Positions 63,860 through 64,000 of a stretch of 64,000 bases of DNA are shown here, in pieces. Source of the DNA: Fimicolochytrium jonesii. Lineage: Eukaryota. The notes beneath the pieces are model-generated. The model was not told the DNA's origin. It did not search any database and saw only the letters and a list, made by a program, of their open reading frames with translations. The stretch is taken from NCBI RefSeq assembly GCF_025526975.1, contig NW_026515696.1:1-64000 (forward strand), written 5' to 3'. Every line of letters starts with the position of its first letter. Position 1 is the stretch's first letter. The position numbers and the translations under genes are program-made.

Positions 63860-64000
63860 GCTGGCGCCGTTTTGACAAGTCTTTGTTCCGCCGTGCCACG
63901 TGTAAAATAATAAAACCTTACCACCACCGCTTGTTCTGGCCTCTGAGATGTGCGATGAATGTGGTGGATCTTTACGGTTCGGGAAAGAGGTGGTGACTTG

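Overview
Eukaryotic, intron-rich fungal DNA, most likely a zoosporic (chytrid-type) fungus, since it carries the flagellar gene CCDC113 and class A and class C GPCRs. The window reads like the left end of a chromosome. Bases ~1-36,200 are a layered subtelomere with (CCCTAA)n tracts at 2358, 4036, 14946/15014 and 33934, all in the same orientation. This part holds tandem 5'-truncated copies of a telomere-embedded element that encodes an unknown protein with a C4 zinc ribbon, plus a ~48-bp relic of that element's 3' end. It also holds degenerate dispersed repeats, a class C GPCR with two sugar-binding-protein-like domains, virus-type gene relics (UL9-like helicase, GIY-YIG nuclease, tyrosine recombinase), a head-to-head pair of small secreted Cys-rich genes, several pseudogenes (BNR_4, TSP1/furin-repeat, TRF4), a degenerate Ty3/Gypsy chromovirus with a self-priming signature, and a hAT-type MITE that carries TTAGGG tracts. 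From ~36,400 onward are core genes: an opsin-like class A GPCR, NDOR1/TAH18, BDP1, JAC1, RPB2, CCDC113, a DNA ligase I-like gene, the PKA regulatory subunit and RPL27. Introns of four of these genes share a hairpin motif that is always in sense orientation. All family calls come from visual motif recognition, not database searches, and outer gene boundaries are approximate where stated.
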